From the NCBI GenBank assembly GCA_964016885.1, contig OZ024740.1, positions 283,712,001 through 283,776,000 of the forward strand: 64,000 bases of DNA, read 5' to 3'. The DNA is from Eledone cirrhosa. Lineage: Eukaryota. This document shows positions 25,455 to 39,519 of this stretch, piece by piece (position 1 is the first letter of the stretch; the number at the start of each line of letters is the position of its first letter). Position numbers and translations under genes: made by a program. The notes below the pieces were generated by a model. It had not been told where the DNA came from. It did not search any database and worked only from the letters and a program-made list of their open reading frames with translations.

Positions 25455-25980
25455 ATGATGGCTGCCCCCTCGTTATCGAGTATGACCATTGCACGCTATA
25501 CCATTATTAATAATTATTAATTAATTCTATCGTGCAATACCTGTACGTGAAGATATTTTTTAAAGTGAGGGAAGACTGTGCACTGAGCCAATCCCACTCT
25601 CTGAGCGACAGTAGCTATAACCCGAAAAGAAGAAAAGATCAACATCATCAGTAACTACTGAGCCGCAGGTTTTATATCGGAGTTATCCCAGTTTCCTGAG
25701 TTGCCTTCTCCTAGAAGAATGCCCTGACAAAGGCTAGGGGTCCTTCACTCCCAGTGATTTAACCGCGCGGTACATGTGTATATACATATCTACACACTTT
25801 TGGATAGCCGTTGACTCTTATGAGTTCTTCCGCATTGTCAGGTTTTGTTTTTTGTCTTGCAGGGTGTCCAAAATCACCCTGCTCACCAAGTAAACTTGGT
25901 GGGGTTGCCGGTTTAGTCGCCGACGACCCGACCATGCGACAAGTTGTACTGGGTTACATGTTACCAGTAGGACTCAAGAC
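25455..25980 (-). mobile_element. Non-autonomous RTE-tailed element, copy 1
   Basis: Left end atgatggctgccccctcgttatcgagtatgacca is approximately the reverse complement of the RTE terminus at 7282-7314; non-coding; shares ~110 bp end with copy 2. Confidence 0.65.
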
Positions 25981-26104
25981 ATAAATGCATACATGCATAC
26001 ATACATACATACATACATACATACATACATACATACATACATACATACATACATACATACATACATACATACATACATACATACATACATACATACATAC
26101 ATAC

Positions 26105-26615
26105 ATGATGGCTGCAAACTCTGCGGAGAGTATTGCAATCGCTTGTCAGATTATAGAGTTTGGTGCAATTTTAAGCTATGGCCAGCCTGTAACATATCCT
26201 GAACAAGCAATGCCTGTGCTTTGAAGGTTTTTTAAGTGGGTAAAGGCCTTGCACTCGACCAATCCCACTCTCTGAGCATCGAAAACACTACCCAAAAAGG
26301 AAAACTGGTCAACATCATCGGATGCTTCCGAAACCGCAGGGGTTTTTTTTCAGAGTTTCCCTCTCCTAGAAAGATGTGACAACAACCAGGGGCCTTTCAC
26401 TCCCAGGTTTAAAAAAAATACTATTTGGATGGCCATTGACTCTGCTATGTTCCTCCGCCCTTTGCGGGTCTTCTATTTCATCCCACAGGGTGTCCAAATA
26501 TCACCCTCCTCACCAAGCAAGCTTGGTGGGGTTGCCGGTTTAGTCGCTGATGACCCGACGATGAGACAGGTTGTACTGGGTTACATGTTACCAGTAGCAC
26601 TCGTGAGCGACCTGA
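26105..26615 (-). mobile_element. Non-autonomous RTE-tailed element, copy 2 (diverged relative)
   Basis: Colinear with 25455-25980 (ccaatcccactctctgagc; ttggtggggttgccggtttagtcgc..ttaccagtag). Confidence 0.65.
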
Positions 26616-26734
26616 CATACATACATACATACATGCATACATACATACATACATACATACATACATACATACATACATACATACATACATACATACATAC
26701 ATACATACATACATACATACATACATACATACAT

Positions 26735-29700
26735 CAACAACGAGGCTGAAATTCATGACTCTAATGTACAAGCAGAACACCAAAACCTTGTGGACACCTT
26801 ACAATGATATGGGACGATATGTTTCAAGAGATACACAGCCTTAATGTGAGTGACAGACCATACAACACCAGAATCAGTAAAGAACCCACTAAATTAGAAT
26901 TGGAAGCGGTGAACGTAATAGCTGACAATTATCTGAAGGCTATACGATCTAAAGGTGTAGAAACGACATTTGAAACGCTTAACATTTTGTTATATGTTTC
27001 AGCTGTCACGTTGCTATCATATAACAAACATCTAAAACCATGCAATCAAGATACAAACAAAAAGCCTGAACCAGCGTGGATGCGAAATTTTGACCCTGAG
27101 ACGAAGTATCTCACACATCGCAGTCGTTATGAAATGCAACATAGAGAGCAACTTCACACGACACCAGGAAGACCTAAAAAAAAGGTTAGGGAGACGATTT
27201 GGAGATACAAAATTTAAAACTTTAAACTCCAAATTACACCAGTTGAAACAACAACTCACAGCTACAACAGAAAGACTAAAATATAAGTCAACAGCACATA
27301 AACGACAAGTGCTAAATAGACTGTTTGCCAGAGATCCTAAATCAGTTTATCGCAGCTTCGGTGGCAAAAGCTCAATCTCTGTAAATGACACCCCTTCAAA
27401 AGAACAGGTTGAGAGCTACTGGAGATCTGTATTGGAAACGGATGACGGATTCAACAAACAAACTAATTGGCTAAAAGAACTGGAACAGGACTACTACCAA
27501 TATGTCCAGACAAAATAATATGACATAGATGGGTCAATACTGGAAACAGCTCTACAGAAAATGTCGAATAGGAAATCACCAGGCCCTCACCTCATTACGG
27601 GATACTGGGTGAAGTATTTCACTTTCTATCAGCAAGATCTCATACGGCTGTTTACAGAAACCATTAAAGGCACACAAGAACTGCCCAGATGGTTATCAAC
27701 TGCCACTACTCTCCTCATTCCCCAAAATAGCCAAACCACCCTTGCTAAACATTACCGCCCAATAGCCTGCCAAAACATCATGTATAAATTATATACTGGG
27801 TGCCTTAACCTGTTCTTACAGGATCACTGTGCTACCAACAACATCATAACACCTGAGCAAGCTGGTGGAAAGAGGGAGGTGTGGGGTTGTATAGATCACC
27901 TACTAACTAATAAAATGATTCAAGAAAAAACAACAAAGAATCGCAGAAACATGACTGTGGTGTGGCTGGACTATCAAAAAGCATTTGATAGTGTACCTCA
28001 TGGGTGGATTGTTAAGGCTTTACAGTTAGCCAAAGTCCCACAACCACTGGTAGCTGCTGTTGAACGTCTGACCAAGAACTGGTACACCAATTTGATCCTT
28101 AGAGGTGAGAAGGAGCAGGTTAAGACTGATAAGATACATTACCAGAAGGGCATCTTTCAGGGTGATAGCTTGTCAGTGCTACTCCTCGTTCTCTCACTAA
28201 ATCCACTATCTTACCTACTCAGGAAACAAGGTGGACAAAGAAGTGGGTCCAGAAGTATCTCCCATCTTTTCTTTGTTGATGACCTGAAGTTGTATGGGCC
28301 AAATATCAATGACATCAAGAAACAATTGGACCTCATTACACCATTTTCAACAGACATCAAAATGAAATTTGGTGAGTCCAAGTGTGCATATTTGGCAGTA
28401 AAATGTGGAAGAGCTGTGCCCTCCTCTAGAAATCTAGAGATGAACGGCCTGACAATACAACCTCTACAGTCAGGTGACAACTACAGTTATATTGGACAGG
28501 ATGAGAATGTCAGATATGATGGACCCATAAATAAGGAGAGAACCAGAACTGAATACCTCAGAAGAGTAAAGAAAATATGGTCATCAGAACTGACAGCGTA
28601 CAACAAATACATTGCCCACAATACTTATGCTGTGCCAATTCTAACGCCAACATTTGGCCTGCTGAACTGGTCATTGCAAGAACTAAGTGAGATGGATGTT
28701 AGAACTCGCAAACTTCTCAGTGTTACTGGGAACTTTAACATCAATGGTGATGTGGATAGGCTATACTTCTCACGCAAGGAAGGTGGCCGGGGTCTAAAAT
28801 CCATATTAACATCATATGAGACCCTGATAGTAACACTGAAGAAACATCTTCAACATAGAAAAAAGGTTGGCAACCATCTTGCCCAGGTTTATGAGCATGA
28901 AAAAAAAATATCATTAGAATAGCCACTGATCTGGAGGAGAGATATGGAATAAAGCCTGATATAAATCTCTCACCCAGAGAAATCGTAAGATCCTATTCAA
29001 TGTTCAAACAAGATGAAAAAATTGACCAATTTACAGAAAAAGTTGTGCATGGATACTTGAGACGTAAAACACAAAAAGCCTGGCATGGAGTTCCGACACG
29101 TTTATGACATCACACCTTGAGGGATATCTCTATGCAATACAGGAACAAGAACTCCCTACCAAATATCTGCTGCACAAAAGGGGAGGGCCATCAGCTGACA
29201 ATAAATGTAGGGTATGTAAAACAAAGATCGAGGATGTAAGCCACATTGTTGCCAGATGCGAAAGAACGTCATCTCGCTACTATCTCCCCATGAGACACGA
29301 TGGGATAGCTAGAACCATCTGGAACGCACTTCGGAAAACAAAATTAACAACAAACGAGGAAGAATATATTGAGACCGATGGCACTAAGGAATACTGGTGG
29401 AACCTGAAAATAAAAACTGCCACCAAATTAAAGTACAACCGGCCTGATATTGTAGTTTGGGACCACACATTGAAAACGTGTTCTGTTATGGAGATCAGCT
29501 GCCCACTTGATGTAAAGGTTGTCAGAAAAATACAGGAGGAAGACACTATGGACCAGTGATGAGGAGTTTACAAATCCAGTATCCAAGATACACCTTTAGC
29601 TTCATACCCATCATTATTGGAGCTACGGGTTATATACCAACCCGCTTGGACCAAGTTTGACTGAACTTGGATTTACGGACAAAGAGCGCAGCTCCCTAAT

Positions 29701-29870
29701 TCATAGTCTACAAATGGCTGCGATAGCTGGCACCTTCAAAATTTGCAAAACATTCTTGCGATTCAAGGGATGACAATTTCTTTTCTTTTACAACCTTGCC
29801 ACCAGGAAGGTGGCCGGTCAAAAAAATATACTCGAAATTAAGAGAAAGAGAAAACATTGATAGGTACATA
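26735..29870 (+). mobile_element. R4/Dong-clade LINE (RT, CCHC, restriction-like endonuclease), decayed
   Basis: YRPIAC, DYQKAFDSVPH, GIFQGDSLS, FVDDLKLY, RKEGGRGL, CRVC..HIV..C, RHD, RPDIV..EISCP. Confidence 0.92.
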
Positions 29871-30039
29871 CCTACGTTCATAGTGACGCGATGAATACTA
29901 AGATGAACCCTATCTCCAACAGTAATGCCACAACTACCAGCCTTGTTAAATAACTGGATATTCTTCTGATGCTATTTACTGAAGACGCCTTTTATTCGAA
30001 ATCCTAGATATATCCGTCTAAATATTGAATTCACTTTAT

Positions 30040-30745
30040 GAGAATTTGCTACAAATATCTCTTGTCACCAACACTCTTCATTGCATTCCTGGAACACCTA
30101 ATGACCGTGGCCTTCGCAGGGCACATTGGAACTAGCTCTGTGAGTATTCAAGGATAGAACATCAGCAACCTGTTTTGCCGAAGACATCGATGGGCTAGCA
30201 AGTAACAAAAGATTAATAAACTGCCTAGAAGAAAGTGATGCCCATTACGGAATGGAAATCAGCACTGATAAAACAAAACCTATGACAAATAGCCGTGATA
30301 GGATCGACAACACAAGTTCTTCTAAGTTTGAGACAGTTGAACACTTTAAATACCTAGGTGCCATCATAACCGAAGCGGGAAATTCTCTCAAGAGCTGCTC
30401 AAGTATTACCAGCATTAGCAAGGTTAAGACCTGTATGGTGAATCATGAACATTAGTCTTGGAACTAAACGGAAACCTGTGCGTACGCCAGTATTATCCTT
30501 TTTTCTATATGCCTGTGAGACTTAGATGCTGGCAGCGGAATTTCTGACATTTGAAATGAAATTTTGTAGAAAAATCATATCCATTTCCTGTACGGAACGA
30601 TTACTCAATGAAAGCGTTCACTCGACAATCAGGCAATATTTAGGCAACTACGAAGGCTTGTTAATAACTGTAAAGAAAAGAAAAATGCAATGATACTGTT
30701 GCCTGATAAAATGTGATGGATTGACGAAGACCAGCCTCCATATCC
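30040..30745 (+). mobile_element. Decayed RTE RT fragment
   Basis: LSPTLF, DIDGLA, YGMEISTDKTK, VEHFKYLGAII. Confidence 0.75.
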
Positions 30746-30914
30746 TAGAATAATACTCAAGGACGTTGAGTTGGCAGAATCGTTTAATAGCCAGACAAAA
30801 TGCTTTGCGATATTTGTTCCAACTCTGAGTTCATATCTCTACTAACTTCTCCCCGAACAAATTTTTTTGGTCTTGTTCTATTGCTATAAAGAATATATCT
30901 ATATATTTACATAC

Positions 30915-30989
30915 CAAAATTGCTTTTTGTATTTCACTTCTTAAGATCTCGTACGCAGGAACTGACATCACATACAAACAGAGTTTTGC
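30915..30989 (-). CDS. Host gene exon E (phase 0/0), AKLCLYVMSVPAYEILRSEIQKAIL
   Basis: Acceptor catttatcttttcctag|, donor TTG|GTATGT; 75 nt, open. Confidence 0.8.
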
Positions 30990-31399
30990 CTAGGAAAAGA
31001 TAAATGTATTATTGAAATGAATAAGAAAGTATCTACTATAAAACACAATAAAGAATTATTGATATAATATATAAACGAAGCGTTTAAATGAACAGAAATG
31101 GTACAGTGTCAGACTAAATATATTGATTGTTCCTTACCCGTAATTAAACACACTTCTTACCCTATTACAAAGATCTCTTGCACTATATTTTGATCTATCA
31201 GGCCATATACAAATTACTCTCTATATATTTCTTCTTCACAATGTTGAACTTCAGAAATACCATTCATATAAATACTTTCCCACTTACCAGTAACCTGTGG
31301 ATGCAGGCACGGTGGAATGGTTAAGAAGTTCGTTTCACAATCTTGAAATCCTGGACCTAGCCCTGAAACGCGATTCTTCGATAAGTGTTTTTTACCAGT

Positions 31400-31885
31400 C
31401 TCATGTCTACCCAACGTTAAAACGTCGGATAGACTGCTTTGCGACATTCGCTCTCTTAACTCTCAGTTCAAATCCCGCCGAGGTCAACTTTGCTTTTCAC
31501 CCTTTCGAGGTTGATTAAAAAAAGTACCAGTCTAGTACTGAGGTCGATTCTTCCTTTATATCTTGTTCTCACTTTCTCTCTCTTACTTTCTATCTTTCTC
31601 TGGAAGAAAGCGGTTGTGTTCAGACATGGAGAGGAGATGGGGTCTGCTAAATTTTAAAATGCCCTGGAAATGCCGCAGGGCAATACATTCTTAACCTAAT
31701 AATTGCTTTTTTAGTATATAATTACATAAATGCCTGGCGTGTATATACAAATGATATACATGATTAAATGTAAGAGTAACTTTGGAGAAATAACTTCTTC
31801 TTCGCTCACTTATTCCTGCGAGGTTCGTAGAGGCTGAATCCTCAAACACTCCTTTCAGAGGACCCTGTCACAAGCAACCGTATGT
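31400..31885 (+). repeat. Diverged duplicate of ~615-1470 (old SINE, extension, RTE 3' tip)
   Basis: Shared atacattcttaacctaataatt, tataattacataaatg.ctggc, tacatgattaaa and cttcgc.cac.tattcctg. Confidence 0.7.
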
Positions 31886-32039
31886 CACTAGAACAACGTA
31901 TGTTATTACAGCGTCCCTATGACTCGATCGGGAGTTACGGGATTTTCTTTCTTTCTCATGTCGACCCCAGCTTTGTAAGTGAAATCAGGTAGACAGAAAC
32001 TAGGTAGAAACCAATTAGATAGACTATACTTGTAATTTC

Positions 32040-35000
32040 ACCTACTGCGCCATGTCTCCCCTACGGCTCCATGTTTCACTTACTGATCCATGTCTCACCT
32101 ACTGCGCCATGCCTCACCTATTGCCTCATGTTTTACCTATTGTTTCATGTCTTACCTATTGTGCCATGTCTTACCTACTGCTACATGTCATGCCTCACCT
32201 ACTACTCCATGCCTCACCTACTACTCCATGCCTCACCTACTACTCCATGCCTCACCTACTACTCCATGTCTCACCTACTGCTCCATGTCTCACCTACTGC
32301 TCCATGTCTCACCTACTACTCCATGCCTCACCTACTACTCCATGCCTCACCTACTACTCCATGCCTCACCTACTACTCCATGTCTCACCTACTGCTCCAT
32401 GTCTCACCTACTGCTCCATGTCTCACCTACTGCTCCATGTCTCACCTACTACTCCATGCCTCACCTACTACTCCATGCCTCACCTACTACTCCATGCCTC
32501 ACCTACTACTCCATGCCTCACCTACTACTCCATGCCTCACCTACTACTCCATGCCTCACCTACTACTCCATGCCTCACCTACTACTCCATGCCTCACCTA
32601 CTACTCCATGCCTCACCTACTACTCCATGCCTCACCTACTACTCCATGTCTCACCTACTACTCCATGCCTCACCTACTACTCCATGCCTCACCTACTACT
32701 CCATGTCTCACCTACTACTCCATGCCTCACCTACTACTCCATGCCTCACCTACTACTCCATGCCTCACCTACTACTCCATGCCTCACCTACTACTCCATG
32801 CCTCACCTACTACTCCATGCCTCACCTACTACTCCATGTCTCACCTACTGCTCCATGTCTCACCTACTGCTCCATGCCTCACCTACTACTCTACGTCTCA
32901 CCTACTGCTCCATGTCTCACCTACTGCTCCATGTCTCACCTACTACTCCATACCTCACCTACTGCTCCATGTCTCACCTACTACTCCATACCTCACCTAC
33001 TACTCCATGTCTCACCTACTACTCCATACCTCACCTACTGCTCCATGTCTCACCTACTACTCCATACCTCACCTACTACTCCATGTCTCACCTACTACTC
33101 CATACCTCACCTACTACTCCATGTCTCACCTACTGCTCCATGTCTCACCTACTACTCCATGTCTCACCTACTACTCCATGCCTCACCTACTACTCCATAC
33201 CTCACCTACTACTCCATGTCTCACCTACTACTCCATACCTCACCTACTACTCCATGTCTCACCTACTGCTCCATGTCTCACCTACTACTCCATGTCTCAC
33301 CTACTACTCCATGTCTCACCTACTACTCCATACCTCACCTACTACTCCATGTCTCACCTACTACTCCATACCTCACCTACTACTCCATACCTCACCTACT
33401 GCTCCATGTCTCACCTACTGCTCCATGCCTCACCTACTGCTCCATGTCTCACCTACTGCTCCATGTCTCACCTACTGCTCCATGTCTCACCTACTGCTCC
33501 ATGTCTCACCTACTACTCCATACCTCACCTACTACTCCATGTCTCACCTACTGCTCCATGTCTCACCTACTGCTCCATGTCTCACCTACTACTCCATACC
33601 TCACCTACTACTCCATACCTCACCTACTACTCCATACCTCACCTACTGCTCCATGTCTCACCTACTACTCCATGCCTCACCTACTTCTCTATGTCTCACC
33701 TACTGCTCCATGTCTCACCTACTACTCCATACCTCACCTACTACTCCATACCTCACCTACTACTCCATGCCTCACCTACTACTCCATGTCTCACCTACTG
33801 CTCCATGTCTCACCTACTGCTCCATGTCTCACCTACTGCTCCATGTCTCACCTACTGCTCCATGTCTCACCTACTGCTCCATACCTCACCTACTGCTCCA
33901 TGTCTCACCTACTGCTCCATGTCTCACCTACTGCTCCATGTCTCACCTACTACTCCATACCTCACCTACTACTCCATGTCTCACCTACTGCTCCATGTCT
34001 CACCTACTGCTCCATGTCTCACCTACTGCTCCATGCCTCACCTACTACTCCATACCTCACCTACTACTCCATGTCTCACCTACTACTCCATACCTCACCT
34101 ACTACTCCATGTCTCACCTACTGCTCCATGTCTCACCTACTGCTCCATGCCTCACCTACTACTCCATACCTCACCTACTACTCCATGTCTCACCTACTAC
34201 TCCATACCTCACCTACTGCTCCATGTCTCACCTACTACTCCATGCCTCACCTACTACTCCATGTCTCACCTACTACTCCATACCTCACCTACTGCTCCAT
34301 GCCTCACCTACTACTCCATGCCTCACCTACTACTCCATGCCTCACCTACTACTCCATACCTCACCTACTGCTCCATGTCTCACCTACTGCTCCATGTCTC
34401 ACCTACTACTCCATGCCTCACCTACTGCTCCATGTCTCACCTACTGCTCCATGTCTCACCTACTGCTCCATGCCTCACCTACTACTCCATATCTCACCTA
34501 CTACTCCATGTCTCACCTACTACTCCATACCTCACCTACTGCTCCATGTCTCACCTACTACTCCATGCCTCACCTACTACTCCATGTCTCACCTACTACT
34601 CCATGCCTCACCTACTACTCCATGTCTCACCTACTACTCCATACCTCACCTACTACTCCATGCCTCACCTACTACTCCATGCCTCACCTACTACTCCATG
34701 CCTCACCTACTACTCCATGTCTCACCTACTACTCCATACCTCACCTACTACTCCATGTCTCACCTACTACTCCATACCTCACCTACTACTCCATGTCTCA
34801 CCTACTACTCCATACCTCACCTACTGCTCCATGTCTCACCTACTACTCCATGTCTCACCTACTACTCCATGTCTCACCTACTACTCCATGTCTCACCTAC
34901 TACTCCATGTCTCACCTACTACTCCATGCCTCACCTACTACTCCATGCCTCACCTACTACTCCATACCTCACCTACTACTCCATGTCTCACCTACTACTC

Positions 35001-38000
35001 CATACCTCACCTACTACTCCATGCCTCACCTACTACTCCATACCTCACCTACTACTCCATGTCTCACCTACTACTCCATGCCTCACCTACTGCTCCATGT
35101 CTCACCTACTACTCCATACCTCACCTACTACTCCATGTCTCACCTACTACTGCATACCTCACCTACTACTCCATGTCTCACCTACTACTCCATACCTCAC
35201 CTACTACTCCATGTCTCACCTACTACTCCATGTCTCACCTACTGCTCCATGTCTCACCTACTACTCCATGTCTCACCTACTACTCCATGCCTCACCTACT
35301 ACTCCATACCTCACCTACTGCTCCATGTCTCACCTACTACTCCATACCTCACCTACTGCTCCATGTCTCACCTACTGCTCCATGTCTCACCTACTGCTCC
35401 ATGTCTCACCTACTGCTCCATGTCTCACCTACTGCTCCATGTCTCACCTACTACTCCATGTCTCACCTACTACTCCATGTCTCACCTACTACTCCATGCC
35501 TCACCTACTACTCCATACCTCACCTACTGCTCCATGTCTCACCTACTACTCCATACCTCACCTACTGCTCCATGTCTCACCTACTGCTCCATGTCTCACC
35601 TACTGCTCCATGTCTCACCTACTGCTCCATGTCTCACCTACTGCTCCATGTCTCACCTACTGCTCCATGTCTCACCTACTACTCCATGTCTCACCTACTA
35701 CTCCATGTCTCACCTACTACTCCATGTCTCACCTACTACTCCATGCCTCACCTACTACTCCATACCTCACCTACTGCTCCATGTCTCACCTACTACTCCA
35801 TACCTCACCTACTGCTCCATGTCTCACCTACTGCTCCATGTCTCACCTACTGCTCCATGTCTCACCTACTGCTCCATGTCTCACCTACTGCTCCATGTCT
35901 CACCTACTGCTCCATGTCTCACCTACTACTCCATACCTCACCTACTACTCCATGCCTCACCTACTACTCCATGTCTCACCTACTGCTCCATGTCTCACCT
36001 ACTGCTCCATGTCTCACCTACTGCTCCATGTCTCACCTACTGCTCCATGTCTCACCTACTACTCCATACCTCACCTACTGCTCCATGTCTCACCTACTGC
36101 TCCATGTCTCACCTACTGCTCCATGTCTCACCTACTGCTCCATGTCTCACCTACTACTCCATACCTCACCTACTACTCCATGCCTCACCTACTACTCCAT
36201 GTCTCACCTACTGCTCCATGTCTCACCTACTGCTCCATGTCTCACCTACTGCTCCATGTCTCACCTACTGCTCCATGTCTCACCTACTGCTCCATGTCTC
36301 ACCTACTGCTCCATGTCTCACCTACTTCTCTATGTCTCACCTACTGCTCCATGTCTCACCTACTGCTCCATGTCTCACCTACTGCTTCATGTCTCACCTA
36401 CTTCTCTATGTCTCACCTACTGCTCCATGTCTCACCTACTGCTCCATGTCTCACCTACTGCTCCATGTCTCACCTACTTCTCTATGTCTCACCTACTGCT
36501 CCATGTCTCACCTACTACTCCATGTCTCACCTACTACTCCATGTCTCACCTACTGCTCCATGTCTCACCTACTGCTCCATGTCTCACCTACTACTCCATA
36601 CCTCACCTACTGCTCCATGTCTCACCTACTTCTCTATGTCTCACCTACTGCTCCATGTCTCACCTACTGCTCCATGTCTCACCTACTGCTCCATGTCTCA
36701 CCTACTACTCCATACCTCACCTACTGCTCCATGTCTCACCTACTGCTCCATGTCTCACCTACTGCTCCATGTCTCACCTACTGCTCCATGTCTCACCTAC
36801 TGCTCCATGTCTCACCTACTTCTCTATGTCTCACCTACTGCTCCATGTCTCACCTACTGCTCCATGTCTCACCTACTGCTCCATGTCTCACCTACTACTC
36901 CATACCTCACCTACTACTCCATGTCTCACCTACTGCTCCATGTCTCACCTACTACTCCATGTCTAACCTACTGCTCCATGTCTCACCTACTACTCCATGC
37001 CTCACCTACTGCTCCATGTCTCACCTACTACTCCATACCTCACCTACTACTCCATGTCTCACCTACTACTCCATACCTCACCTACTACTCCATACCTCAC
37101 CTACTACTCCATGCCTCACCTACTACTCCATGCCTCACCTACTACTCCATGCCTCACCTACTGCTCCATGTCTCACCTACTGCTCCATGCCTCACCTACT
37201 GCTCCATGTCTCACCTACTGCTCCATGTCTCACCTACTGCTCCATACCTCACCTACTACTCCATGTCTCACCTACTGCTCCATGTCTCACCTACTACTCC
37301 ATACCTCACCTACTGCTCCATGTCTCACCTACTGCTCCATGTCTCACCTACTACTCCATACCTCACCTACTGCTCCATGTCTCACCTACTGCTCCATGTC
37401 TCACCTACTGCTCCATGTCTCACCTACTGCTCCATGTCTCACCTACTACTCCATACCTCACCTACTACTCCATGCCTCACCTACTACTCCATGTCTCACC
37501 TACTGCTCCATGTCTCACCTACTGCTCCATGTCTCACCTACTACTCCATACCTCACCTACTGCTCCATGTCTCACCTACTGCTCCATGTCTCACCTACTG
37601 CTCCATGTCTCACCTACTACTCCATGTCTCACCTACTGCTCCATGTCTCACCTACTGCTCCATGTCTCACCTACTACTCCATGCCTCACCTACTGCTCCA
37701 TGTTTTACCTACTACTCCATGCCTCACCTACTGCTCCATGCCTCACCTACTGCTCCATGTCTCACCTACTTCTCTATGTCTCACCTACTGCTCCATGTCT
37801 CACCTACTGCTCCATGTCTCACCTACTGCTCCATGTCTCACCTACTGCTCCATGTCTCACCTACTGCTCCATGTCTCACCTACTGCTTCATGTCTCACCT
37901 ACTTCTCTATGTCTCACCTACTGCTCCATGTCTCACCTACTGCTCCATGTCTCACCTACTGCTCCATGTCTCACCTACTGCTTCATGTCTCACCTACTTC

Positions 38001-38067
38001 TCTATGTCTCACCTACTGCTCCATGTCTCACCTACTACTCCATGTCTCACCTACTGCTCCATGTCTC
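32040..38067. repeat. 19-bp minisatellite, about 315 copies, consensus CTCACCTACT(A/G)CTCCAT(GT/GC/AC)
   Basis: Direct reading; 6028 bp / 19 is about 317. Confidence 0.98.
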
Positions 38068-38069
38068 AA

Positions 38070-38262
38070 AGGGCGGTGGATTGGCAGTATCGGTAGAGTG
38101 TCGGACGCCATGCTTTCCAGCATAGTTACGTCCCTTTATGATCTGAGTTCAAATCCCGCCGAGGTTGACTTTGCCTTTCATCCTTACGGGGTCGATAAAA
38201 TACAGTACCAGTAATGTACTGGGTAATTGCTGGCCGTGTGCCTAAAGTAGAAACAATTATTA
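38070..38262 (+). mobile_element. tRNA-derived SINE
   Basis: gggcggtggattggcagtatcgg..gagttcaaatccc..gtagaaacaatt. Confidence 0.9.
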
Positions 38263-38614
38263 TAATGTACAACACTTAATTCCTCAGATCAATACTCTAA
38301 CGTTCGATTAATATATTCTCTCTAATCAATTGTTCTTTCATATTTCACCAATTATCTATTCTTATTTCTAGATTTCAAAGTTCAACATATTTTTTTTTCC
38401 TTTTGATTATGTGAAGATGAAGTTATCGGGCTTAAACTAAAGTTAATTTTGAGATATGATCAATAAATTTCATATCACATGAAAGCTCATGGTTTTCGTT
38501 TATCTTCAAGTAGAAAAGTTATTTATTTTTGCTATATACACTAACTGATAAATCGTGTTCAATTGAAATGCGTGCAATATCTGGTTATAATGCATGAACA
38601 ATAAAATAGAGAAA

Positions 38615-39195
<581 letters not shown>

Positions 39196-39286
39196 TAGTG
39201 GCGTTGTTTCTAGGGGAGGTTGGCTGTATTTTGAGGCTAGTACTAGTCGGGTTCTACTGACTAGTCTAGTTGAACTCAAATCTGGA

Positions 39287-39341
39287 AATCTAGCACACAA
39301 AATCTAGCACACAAAATCTAACACACAAAATCTAACACACA
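39287..39341. repeat. 14-bp tandem repeat aaatcta(g/a)cacaca x4
   Basis: Direct reading. Confidence 0.85.
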
Positions 39342-39519
39342 GCAACCAATGAACCGAATCTTTAAATCGTTGCTTGATCTGACAAAATAGCAGCCAAGTA
39401 TCCTTCAATTCCCACCGTAGCCTCTCATTAAAATAAGGTCACATTGAGTAATGTAGTCAATTGGAAAGGTACGTGTTGCTTTGGTCAGAGTTGATATGAG
39501 ACAAAATAGTGACAGCAAT

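Larger units (their letters stand above)
25142..26735. repeat. (TC)n and long (TACA)n microsatellite field
   Basis: Direct reading. Confidence 0.95.

Noticed and set aside
31214-31295. cag|GTTACTGGTAAG.. as an additional exon
   Set aside because: Weak polypyrimidine tract; it ends in a stop or gives a frame-breaking 7-nt exon
32040-38067. CRISPR-like array
   Set aside because: No unique spacers, no cas genes, eukaryotic context
32052-38214. Three overlapping 1600-2000 aa ORFs
   Set aside because: A stop-free 19-bp unit opens all three + frames with the same peptide; this is a satellite artefact, antisense to the host gene
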